Positions 27,400-39,500 of a stretch of 64,000 bases of DNA are shown here, one piece after another. A model generated the notes under the pieces. It did no database searches and was not told where the DNA came from. It was given only the letters and a program-made list of their open reading frames with translations. Source of the stretch: Pavona decussata (lineage: Eukaryota). Location of the stretch: NCBI GenBank assembly GCA_977016875.1, contig CDRNST010000093.1:7440001-7504000 (forward strand). The letters run 5' to 3'. The position numbers and the translations under genes are program-made. Every line of letters begins with the position of its first letter. Position 1 is the stretch's first letter.

Positions 27400-28335
27400 T
27401 GTATCAGTCAATTCCAAGCGCGATCATCCCCCCCCCGGGCAACCCCCGGGCATTTGACCCCTGTTCGGCTCCACATAGTGGGGCATTTGACGCGAATAGA
27501 AACCCGGCCCATCGGGCATTTGACCCGTCGAAAAAATGCTGGTCAGCGGTCGCGTTTAAAAATAATTTGTACTCCATGTAACATGTCACAACTCCTCGTA
27601 GTTTTCGACAAAATTTATGTTGATATATGCGAGCTCCAGCGTATTAAAATATTCGGAAATATGCCATTATACAAGGTTTGGAATTTTCAGAAGGACGTGA
27701 GGAAAGCTGGTTTAGTGTCAACATTCGAAGAATTTGTATCAAAAGGTAAGCTGTGAAGCTTTTCTTTAGCTAATCTTTAGTAATCTAAAGCGTAATCTTA
27801 AAATTATCGCGGCGTAAAATTATCGGGAGCAAGCACACCACTAATGAAGCGTTCAGCGCAAAAAAGCGTTAGCCATGCACTGAGAGTCTACTCGAATCCT
27901 TCGAAACTATAAAATCGCTAGCACAAATACATAACGATTTTGGATGATGATGCATTGAAGCGTAATTTTTGTTCGGGCTTCGGTTTTAATCCTTGTGCCG
28001 TACTTTATGAGAATATTTCGTTAATAATTCTGTCGTCAATACCAGATATAATTATATAAAATTGCGGAAGTTATCAATCAGAAGTGCTACCTTTCTTATC
28101 AAACTAAATATTTGATGTGTACTATTTCTAAAAATTTCGTTGATTTTTATATAAATAGAGCTAGCGAATACAAAAAAAAAACCAACACGATGACTTTTCA
28201 GCCCCAACCAGTGGGGCATTTGACCTAGAAATCGGCCCATATAGCGGGGAATTTGATCAGGCATTTTTAAAAAAGTCAAATGCCCGGGGGTTTGCCCGGG
28301 GGGGGGGATGATCGCTTTTGGAATTGACCCTGACA
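27400..28335. mobile_element. Non-autonomous TIR element with TAA TSD (PIF/Harbinger-like)
   Basis: TAA|TGTATCAGTCAATTCCAAGCGCGATCATCCCCCC ... GGGGGATGATCGCTTTTGGAATTGACCCTGACA|TAA; subterminal GGGCATTTGAC repeats. Confidence 0.85.
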
Positions 28336-29236
28336 TAAACAATTCAACACCCAGTTTGGGACCAGTGTAAAAAGTTCCTCATGGATGAGATCATCGTCGT
28401 CTTCCCTGGATCCTGGAAATAAATTACTGATACAAATTCTTACATCCGGCCGAGATGAAACTGATCTCCGCAGCTCTCCTTTAAAACGGGCTCTTGAGCT
28501 CCAGAGCAAACATGAGCACAGAATCATAACGTGCAAATATTTCTTTTAGAACGAGGCACATCAATTTCTGAGTCTCGTGTCCTTAATTAAGACTATCAAC
28601 AGTTCTGTGAATCGGGAGTGTAGTCGAAAAACGTGAGTGCGCATGACTTTTTCCGTCGGTGCCGCCAGAATCGACAGCGGCCGAGCAGCGGCCGGTTTCC
28701 GCGGAGGCAATTTCCGATACGGTACACCGGCTTCAACGCATTTCGATCTGACTCGGGTTGACGGACTGTCTTCACCTCCGGTGAGAAGACAAAGAGTCAC
28801 AGAAAAGGAAATCACAGGAAGCCGTCCAATAACAGGAGCGAGCACACAGTACAGGACGCATGCGTAAAGCCACGTGTGGTTCAGTGCCTTTTTATGTTAC
28901 CTTTCTCGCGTTCTCAGTACTAGCAATGCTCTCTTAGCCTGCGTACCTGGCGGTATTGTAGGCGCAAAATAAAGTTTTGGCGGCGAAGTTGCGAGAATAT
29001 GTGTTTCAAAGTCCCCCACCCCATTCAGAATTACTGGAATGTGCCAGGAGCCCAATAGGATCTATACAGCTGTACTGACCCGATGTAAGAGTTGTCAATT
29101 TCTCCTCAAGGTCGTAAACTTCTCCTTCGTCACTGACGCCAATTAACGCCGGTTTCTTCTACTGTGACGAAGTTTTCGATTGTCGTCTGTTCAAAGGTCA
29201 AGGGAATTCTGAAGCTAAGATGTATCCAACAAGGTT

Positions 29237-30090
29237 CAGGCCCGTAGCAAGGCTAAAACAACTGAGGGGGCTCAGCAAAATGGTTAAACCAAACTACCCA
29301 CCCCCCTGTCATCCCCCCCCCCCCCAAAAGAAAAAATAAATAAATAAATAAATAAACAGACTGATTAGGGAGTTTAAAATGCAACGAGAACATTAAAAAA
29401 AAAAAAAAGAAAACAGAAAAAAAAAGTAGATTTAGTAAGTAAAACAATAACTTTTCACCTGCTTCACACTTTTCGGTACATCTTTTTTGCCGTTTTTTTT
29501 TTTTACGTGGACTACCATGTGAAGTTTCCCAATTTCACGTTTGAAGGAGGACGTAAAGAGACGACGGCAAATGTTTCTTTCTCTTTTAAAATTTGGCTTT
29601 AACCGGGCAATAAGAATCCGACTGTGGAAGAATTTTTTTCCTGGCTCTTGAGAGGACATATTTGTGTGTCTTTCGACAACGCGCGAAAACTAAATTGTTA
29701 TACACTAAGGAGGTCTAAGGACATTTGTATTGCTATAAATGAGCGGATGCCTTAGAAAACAAGTAGTTTATTTCAACAGCTCTTAGGGCAAGATTGGTTG
29801 ATTTCGATCCATTTTGGTTCTTATTTCCGATTCACAAGGTAGGAGTACCTTTGTAGTTGTTGTTGTTGTTGTTGTATATAAAAACAAACTGTTAGCAAAG
29901 GAAACTGAAAGGTAGTAAACACATTTTTAAAGGGCTGTGAAAAGGCATTTGCAGCGTCAGAGTTTAAGACTGATTGCTGCACATTAATTTGGTTTAATTA
30001 TTATTTTTTTTTTTTGGCAAACTGTTTTTTAACTTTCAAAAATTCTGGGGGGGCTCAAGCCCCCCTGCCCCTCCCCCTGCTACGGGCCTG
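29237..30090. mobile_element. hAT-like non-autonomous element with 5-bp TSD (AGGTT)
   Basis: AGGTT|CAGGCCCGTAGCA ... TGCTACGGGCCTG|AGGTT. Confidence 0.85.
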
Positions 30091-31704
30091 AGGTTGAAGT
30101 GTTTTTGCATGCTATTGGAATATCAGTGCACACCACATCCATTCTAAAAACCCAAAGTGAAGTTAAGCGTCAATTGATTCCTCTTTGAAAAAATCAACAC
30201 AGATTTCACTGAGATAGTTGGTAACAAGCTTGTCGTTCTGAAATTTTTTGTTGATTTTGTATTTGAAATTGTGCAATGTCCCAGAAACAGGGCAAATTGC
30301 AGGGGGGGGGGGGGGGTGCTTATAACCCGGAGTAATTTTTTGTTGATAGGTAGATGGACCTATAACCGGCGTGGGAGGAGAGGGTGTTTATAAGCGAGGA
30401 TGGTGACCAATAAGCGGCAGGTTACGGTATTTCGAAACTACAATTACAAACGGTCACACAGTTTGTGTGGGCTTCCTGCGATCTGGCAATCTTCGCCACT
30501 GAAACCAAAGGTGCGTAAAACAGGCTGAACAATGTCAGCAAATGTATGAGATCCCTAAAGCATTGCACAACTCTGGCCAGTACAGAATGTAACTCCAGTA
30601 ACAATTAAGTTCAGTTTAAATTTACTTTGGATGTTTGTTTTGGGCATAAAAATTCTCATTTCTTTTTTAATTGTTTACTTAGTCATAAATCTTTTTAATG
30701 TAAACCACAATCATTTTGCTAGTGGGCGTGACGAATAAATAACTCGTCAAGGATTTTTCCAACCTTAATTGTTCGATTGTTTGACTGACTCCACGGTGAC
30801 ACGGTGAATTTGTGAACAAGTTTTGATTTTAGGAACAAACGCTAATGCCAACAGAAGCATTACGTAAGATAAATACGTCATTGATATGAGGTGTAAAATT
30901 ATTCGGTTGTTATTGCGTTCGACGTAGAAAAATACGCTCTCCTAATACGGATTGGAGTTGAGAATGTATGGGACAGCGTTGATTGCAGCGAATGAATGGA
31001 TCTTGGGACGCGTATCTGGCATCCCCCACAGACAACTGACCTAGTTGTATAATACCGTTTTGTTATTCCTTTCCTTCCCACCCTATTTCATGTTTTCCTT
31101 GTCTTTTCTCCCGTGTTGCCTTTAAAGAAGCTCAAAAAAGTTCTTCATTATTTATTTATTTTATTCTTGTATCTTATTCTTGTATCTTTGATCTTATAGA
31201 TCAGCCTGCCTTCATACTCAGCAGTTAAAGTCATTCTTTCTTTTTGTCACCCTGGCCCGCCTAGATTAGCTTTGCTACCTGCGGCACCAAGAAATTGTAA
31301 ATGTAATAAAAAAAAAACGCTTAATAAAGTTGAATAAATAAAGTTGAATTTTGCAGGGCCGGATAACATTACCACTAACTTGGCAAAGGAGAGAGAGCCT
31401 GGAATCGAGATCATTGAACGCACTCCCTAATCTTTGATTACTGGTATTATTACCCTGATTGTTGTATCTGGTTTAACCTGCGTCGCAAGAGGTTCAATGT
31501 GGTTTTGTGCCTTTTCACTGTTTGAACGCGCGGGAAATTGTAGCCCTGTTTATCAAGCTGCACGTGTGCGATGCTCCTGAGAAGGCCCTGACAACCAGCC
31601 GTGCACGTGACCTCTATCCTCATACACAAACAATAATTGGAGTCTCGTGACCTGCTGTTGGTAGCTACCGTCTTGAACTTGGTAAAAACCCTGGGACGAC
31701 ACTA

Positions 31705-32020
31705 CGAGCCTAAGTGGCCCACACGGCCGGAGCTTAGCCCGGTTTCTGTAGCATAACAATAAGATGAAGCAACTGGGAGTATTGCTACTCCCCCTGGATG
31801 TGATGCTAGTTCATCGTTGGGTTACCCAACGCAGTAAATCGCCAGTACCCATTTTTACACCTGGGTGAAGAGAAAGAAGGTCGAGTATAGTTTCTTGACT
31901 AAAGAAACAACACAAAGGCAGAGACCAACCCAGTCTCGAACCACCGACCCTCTGGTCTTCCGAGCAAAACGACGATTGAAAGTCCGAAGCGCTAAGACCC
32001 GCTAACCACTACACCTCCGC
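31705..32020 (-). mobile_element. tRNA-derived SINE (antisense), near full length
   Basis: Same family as 13370-14065; GGAGTATTGCTACTCCCCCTGGATG core and antisense box A/B-like head. Confidence 0.75.
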
Positions 32021-33531
32021 ACCTCCGTTTTCTTTCTACATTGCATTATTTTAAAAGCAACATGCTCAAATAAGCGAAACAGATGCTCTAAATTTATTTT
32101 TTTTCTTTGCAAGAAATAACACTTCTGTGTGGGACTAAACATCTGATCAACTTTTTCCCAAAACGAAATCATTACAAATATGATCGGGTACCATCTCCTC
32201 CTCCAATTTTCTCTTTTTTTCTTGCACAAGGAGTTCTTTGATTCCTCGTGGACAACAAAGAAACGTACAATCCTGTCTGAAAGGAAAACTTGAAACCTAA
32301 TGTTATGCCGCTGAATAACAAGTTTTTATTTGCTTTTTAATCTCAGTTTTTAACCAAAATATTACTTTAAAATATTGCCGACAATGAATAACTCTTTTAG
32401 TTATAACTCTTTTAGTTAATACTCATAAGTGGCAAGGTTGGAAGATAGAACACTTTCACGTTATACGGAACATCCTCTCTGAGTGCAAAGCGTTAGTTAC
32501 GCATTATTCAACAAACTTTCCCCAACATCTACACCATTACAAATGCGATCAAAAACCACTTTTTTCTTCCTACTTTGCGCATGGAGTTTCTTCGACTCCT
32601 CGAACACAAAACGTAGCTTGAAACCTCATAATAAGTTGTTGGCTTTCAAGTTTTGCCTTGTAGTTGATTACGCGAAACCGGCAAGGGTACATTAAAGAGT
32701 AGACTGTGTTGGGTGTTCCAAACTGGACAGCAAAGAAGTGCATTAACAAAAACATTGTGCCAACTGAACGGAAGCAAAGGTTCTAACATCGCTTGCTCTC
32801 TTTCGCACTGATAGTAAGGATGGCTGAGCCAGTTTTGTTTGACAACTTTGCATTTGACAAGTTTTATATTCTAGCGTGAAAGTCAAAACTTTTCAAGTTC
32901 TTCCTTGACAAGTCGCTTTGAACAAAAACTGGAAAAAACAGAAGCTCGGAAAGGAAAATCTTGTCAACGACGATTGCTAGTCGTTTGTACGAGCGAATTT
33001 AACTTGTCAAGGATAACACATCGCAGAAATCTTGTTCACGTTTAAACACGAACATGTAAGATTTGTCAGAAAACTTGACAAGGAGAACTTGTTCGTGTAC
33101 ACTGCCTTGCGTTTACAGAGGAAACCTTCTCGAAGAAGCTTGTTGATCTTTTACAGAGGCAAGTACAAGTTGGCAAGAATAAACAGCCATAAATTATCAC
33201 CACAACCTTTACACAAGAACAAGTAACACGAGTCAAAACACTTGTTCAGGAAAACTTGCTCGTGTGAAAATAGCCTAAACCTTTATCAATGATGACAAAC
33301 AGTTTTCATAGCGGCGCCTGTGCTCTGCTCTCCACCATCTTTACACTAACACTGGCTGGCAAATGGCCTGATATGGTTTAATCCTGTCAGGTAAGGTTAA
33401 GTCAAGGAGAACGCATACATGGTTTACAGTAACCACGTCCATAACCATGCTGGTATCTCATCGCCGAAATAAATATCAAGCACGTATCGCAATGATTAGC
33501 TTAACTTTGTCCACTTTAAACTGACTTCCTC

Positions 33532-36500
33532 TCAGCGCTCAACATCAGCATACACGAATGACCCATTCTCTTCTTTCTGTTCTTTGGTGCCATGGAGGTC
33601 TACGTAGAGTTTCAAGAGCTCGTTCGTCAGGTTTGCCAAACGAATCTTGCTGTTGGTTTCTCTAATTTTTTGCTCAGTTTCAAGCTGTAAAAAAAGATAA
33701 AAAATATAAACGTGAGGGAAATACATGACAGCTTACACCGATGAACCAGAGGTCCTGTAACCGTAAACATTACACAAATATTTAACAAATCGACCGTAGT
33801 TTTCTATCATTTTCTATACTCTTACAGGCCATAAAATGACGTCATGGTTTCACTGCCAAGTTTTAAACATTTCAAGGCGTCATTTTATAGTCTGTAAGCC
33901 GAATTTTTGCATATGGGCTCATTTTTTCATGATACATCTTGATCCGGTTTTTTTACTTTGTAGCTGGAAGGCTTACACCTGTCATTTTTAATCCCCCTCT
34001 TAGTTATCAACTCTCATACCAACCTCTTTCATTAATTGCTGATCAAAGGCTGCTTCTAGTTTTTCTCGTTCATACAGAAGTTCTTGTTCAGCTTTTCTAA
34101 AATGTCAATGAAAGATGCAAATGCATAAGTGATACTGTGCTTTTAATTGGCGATCAATACTGAAGAAAAGTGATGTACTTCGTCCAACAGCACACCAACC
34201 TGTCTCCCTTCCCTCCGAAGGAAACTTGTCAAAACTACTGCCCTAAACCAGACTAAGCTTCACNNNNNNNNNNNNNNNNNNNNNNNNNNNNNNNNNNNNN
34301 NNNNNNNNNNNNNNNNNNNNNNNNNNNNNNNNNNNNNNNNNNNNNNNNNNNNNNNNNNNNNNNNNNNNNNNNNNNNNNNNNNNNNNNNNNNNNNNNNNNN
34401 NNNNACATGTCACTATTAAAACTTCTATTAACAGACTCAAACATTACCATTACACAGACTTATTCAAAGTTTGACGCTGAGAACCTAAGAGGTAATAAGT
34501 ACAGTAGAACAAAACTGATTTTTGTCAAACCTGGCCATGATCATCTCTTTCTCTTTCTGCAGCTGTACTTCTTTTAAGTGGATCTGGGCCTTCAAAGCTT
34601 CCCTAAAGAACATGATAAGGAAAAGTTAGAAAATAAACATACAGAGAATTAGAATTTCGTTTACGGTTAAAGGTTGAAATGACCACGTGATCATGTTTAT
34701 CGTACATCTGCCGCTCGTTTTCAGTTTCTCTGTAAAGTTGAGTAGTTTTGCGTTAGCATCAAAGGTCAGAATTATTTGGCACTATTCTCATCTGTGTACT
34801 AATTTTTCAAGAAAACAAAACCGCGAATCTCACGTTTGCCGTTTGCCGTAAACGCAAGTCTAAACCTCTCTGTTGACAACAGTGAAATACAGTAGCTATT
34901 TTGGTAACAAAATAAACACATGTGAAATCTTTAGGTGAAAGGTTCAAAAATCAGATATTGTCACTGTGATCTGAGCAACTTCCTGAAGCAGTTACAAAGA
35001 AGAACTGAAAAACTTATATTCACGCGTGAATGAGATTTCAGCCCATCACTTTGGGGCACTGGTACCGGTGACAGATATTTCAACATCTCTCTGCATCCGC
35101 AAGAAAAATGGAATGACACTGAAGGAGCAACAATAGACTACGAGCAGTCCATCGCGCGCTACAGAACTTAGGAGAAGGAAGAGACTGCGCACAGTCTAAA
35201 GGAGCAAATACCTCGGAATGCAATAATTGACAAAAAGTTTACCAAGAAAAGTGTAGAAAAAAGGGGAGGTGTGCAGTAATACCTTTTGTCTTTGGATAAA
35301 TCTCCATCGATTATTCCTCCTGATCTCTTCCAGTCTATGCATTGGCGCAGTCTGTCATTTTCACGTTGAATTCTTTTCAATTCTGCCTTCTCTGGACTTG
35401 GAGTTGCAGAAGGCTTTGTGCTGAGTTCCCTCAAGTTACTAGGTGAAACGCTTTGGACCCACAACGCTTCTGCGCTCACAGAGTCTTGAACAGGTTCCTC
35501 AGGTGCAGATGGCATCATCTTGTTGTTTTCTACACTTCCAGGAGAACAGCTTTTCACTGGTTCTGGTTCTCTGGTTGCTTTGGTTTCCATATCAGATTTA
35601 ATTAGAACTAGGGAACGAACAAATTATAATTTAAGATCATCGTCACAGCTTCTATTACAACCTTATAATGCTACAAAAACAAAAACGACATCGGGAGACA
35701 AAGCATTTCAAGTTGCGTCTCTGGGACTGTGGAACGGTCTCCCAAATGACATTAGAAATGCTAAGACAATGGACGTTTTTAAGTCCTTAGTGAAAACTCA
35801 TCTTTTTAGGAAAGCGTATGCTTGTTATTTTTGGAATTTTACAATTTTGACTCTGTGTAATTTTTAGCTTATATATTAGATATGGATTGGATAGTTTTTT
35901 TATATTAGTTTTATTATTTTATTATTATTTTAATGTAACTTGTAAGGCGCATTTGAATATATTCATATAGATATTTGCGCCGAATAAGTAATAAATTATT
36001 ATTATAGTACTCTTAGATGCAGTTGTGGGTGGTTTTGCATTATTTTGCAGTGAACCATTGCCTGCATTTTGCTGCTCTTTATCACTCATCCCTAAACTGT
36101 CAGCAGACGACACCCGCGGGAACAAATGTTTTTGAATCACCTTCAGTTCTGATATTCTGAGATCCAAGGCCAGGAAATCTTGGTGCAAATGTCCGTCCCC
36201 TTCTAAAGGGTTCCTGAGCTCGTCCAAGTGGTACTCTACACCCTCGTCCTGGGTGTGGCACTGTACCCCTTGCTCCTAAGCCAATCCCAGACCACGGTTG
36301 ATTTCCAGCTTGGAATGGAGGCCTAAATGGCGGTCTTGATGCTAGAAGCTGTTGTAGCAGTAAAGGATTTTGATTCCATCCTTGAAAAAAGGGGGTAAAG
36401 GGGGGAAAAATTGGCTGCCTCGGATAACCAGTTTGTTGCAAGCTTAAGGCCATCATGTTCGCAAGCATTGCCTGGGGATGTTGGGCATGTCCCAGGAAAC

Positions 36501-39500
36501 TATGTGGGTCATTCATTAGGCCCTGTTGGGCAAAGGCTTGATTTGCTTGATTTGCGACACGATTGGTGCACTGAGTTGACTGGAATGGTTCCTTCAGATG
36601 AGGATTTTCTGATGGATGTTGTGTCTTTTTCTGCAAAGTAGTTTTCGTTTGGATTGGAGGATCATTTAATGGTCCCTGTTGGGCAGAGAATCTGTTTCCT
36701 TGATTTGAAGAATTCTGACTTGGCTGCAACTGGTCTTTTATCTGAGGATTTCCTAACGAATGCTGAATTTCATTCTGTACTTCCTTGGGTAAATCAGTGT
36801 TTTTATAGATAGCAGTACAATCCTGCTCACCAAAGGATCTGTTTCCTTGATTTATGGGGGCATACTTTGATTCCTGACTGTTGTACTGACTTGGCTGCGA
36901 CTGGTCTGTCATCTGAGGATTTCGTAATGAATACTCACTTTCCTTCTGTACTTCCCTGGGTAAATCGGTGTGCTTGTGAGTATCACCCAACAGCCTTTGC
37001 TGACCAAAGGATCTGTTTCCTTGATCAGGAAAATACTTTGCTTCCTGACTATTGTACTGGCTTGGTGGTGAGTGCCCTATCGGCTGAGGACTTTCTGATG
37101 GGTGTTGTGTTTGGGTCTGTACTTCCTTGGGTAAATCAGTGTTATTATGTAAAGGAGGATGATTCAATAGCCCTTGCTGACCAAAGGATCTGTTTCCTTG
37201 ATTAGAAAAATACTTTGGTTCCTGACTATTGTACTGCCTTGGTGGTGAGTGCCCAATCAGCTGAGGACTTTCTGATGGGTGTTGTGTTTGGGTCTGTACT
37301 TCCTTGGGTAAATCAGTGTTATTATATAAAAGAGGGTGACCCAATAGCCCTTGCTGACCAAAGGATCTGTTTCCTTGATCAGGGAAATACTTTGGTTCCT
37401 GGCTGTTATTCTGGGTTGGCTGCACCTGCTCCAACACCTGAGGATTAAGCGATGGACATTGTGTTTGCTTCTCTACTTCCTTGGGTGAACCAGCATTCTT
37501 ATGGAAAGGACGATCACCTAATGGCCCCTGTTGGACAGAGTGTCTGTTTCCTTGATTAGAAATAAACTTGGGCTCCTGATTGTTGTACTGACTTGGTATG
37601 GGTTGCTGTTTCGGCTCAACAATTTCTGATGGATACTGGACGTGTTTTTGAACTTCCTTGGGTGAATCAGTGTTCTTACTATGAGATGGGGCACTCAATA
37701 ATGCCTGTTGGGTGGAGGATCTATCATCTTGACTTGAGAAATACGTTGGATCTTGATTGTTGTATACTGATCTCAGCTGAGTATTTTCTGATGAATATGA
37801 TGTTTTCTTCTGGCCTTCCTGGGAGAAATGAGTGTTCTTAGTACAAGATGAGTCATTCAACCCCTGCTGGGCAAAGGATCTGTTTTGACTAGCATCATGA
37901 GGCTGTTCTTGATAGATGTATTGGGTTGGCATTGATGATCGTTTTGCCTGAGGAAATTCTGGTGAATACTGTTCGCGGATCTGATCTTTTTTGAGTCCAT
38001 CATTGTTCTTAGTAAAATAATCATCACCATTGCCAAAGGAACATAGACCCATATCGCTGAGATGTTGACGTTCCGACGGCAGTCCACTGCTTGCACCATC
38101 TCTATTCTTGACATTTTCAGCTTTGTGCCCATACTGACTACTTCCTTCGTCTGTTTCATCCAGTGTGTAGACATCAGTTTTCCCACCCTCCGTTTCTTTC
38201 CCTGTGTGGCAAAACATGCAAGGAGAAGGTGGTGAATGCTGTGAGTATAAGGAACCTGCGCCTTCTGACTGACTTGATTCTGATGCTTGTCCTCGTGTAG
38301 GGCTGCCCTCATGACAAAACTGACAATGTTGCTGGATCGGCCTTTCAGGGGAGAGTGAACCAAGGCTGAATGAGTCACTAGCTGTAGTTTCCAATTCACT
38401 TTGCGAGCTTTCCTCTCTTCCTGGAGATGACAGACCACCAGAAGAAAAGCTGGCCTCACATGGGCTGTGTTCAATCCTCTGGGCGCTAGGAGGTGAAGAA
38501 AATGTCACAACATTTGCTTTCGGGGTTTCTACCTGACCTTTTACTTGTACAAAATTTCTGTGATTTCTTGATAAAGCTAAAGCAGGTGAGTGATTTCCTG
38601 CAGATGGTTTTGCTGGCGTACCGTCCACTTGAACTGCACTGCTGATTGGTTTGTCTTTGTCTTCCACCTGACATTTGTCCAGACATTGTGCTGAGCTTGA
38701 CTGCCTTAAATCTTCAGAAACATAATTCCTAGAAATTAAAGGTAAACAGAACAGAATCCTTGTAAATCTTGAGCTTCAAAGTCCCCCCTTTCATTCTGGA
38801 AGTAAGGCAATGTGATAGAGGATGTAAAACTCCAGTAGGTCTAATGGGGGTCTGATGAAACTGGAGAGCCAAAAACCTTTCCCTGAATTTATATTTTCCG
38901 TTCACGTACATGCATGGTTACAGAAACGTCAGCTCTTTATTTATTTATCTATATTATTTTCTCCGCCCACGTGATGTGGTCCACTTCATACCAGTTCTTG
39001 GTTCATCACTTAAACAGAGAAAATGGTAGCCCAAGTGAACAGACATTGTTTCAGGGGTTGCTTTCACAAGAGACCAGTGGTGGCACTACAAAATGCCATC
39101 TATTTATTTGGGCTAGAGAAAGGTCCTATAAAACTTGTAACGATCTATACTTGGTGGAAAACCTGGACCTTACTTCTGCTTGTGAGGTATTGCATTTTGG
39201 ACTTGCTTTGAATTTTTATTACTTTAGTGTTTTGTTTCCCTTGGTTTATAGAATTTGTGTTCCGTTGCTCACAGAATAAACTGAAATCTTTATAAAATGG
39301 AACAGTAATATAAAACTTGTTACTCCAGTCTATCCATACATTGATATGTATAGCAACAATCAACTTCCATACCCATTTATCTCTTTGAGCATCCAAGATG
39401 AGCACGGAGAACCCTCTGATCCAGATGGGAAAGCAAACGTGTTAGCAGGAAGACTGGCTACTTTCTTGACTATTTCCTGAATCTTACTCATGAGCAATTC

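Noticed and set aside
36411-37841. Several repetitive + strand ORFs (…SVLPWVNQC…)
   Set aside because: Antisense shadows of the coding repeat in the minus-strand exon.
36520-37960. CRISPR-like regularly spaced repeats
   Set aside because: Whole 177-bp units are homologous (no unique spacers), they are in frame within a eukaryotic exon, and no cas genes are present.
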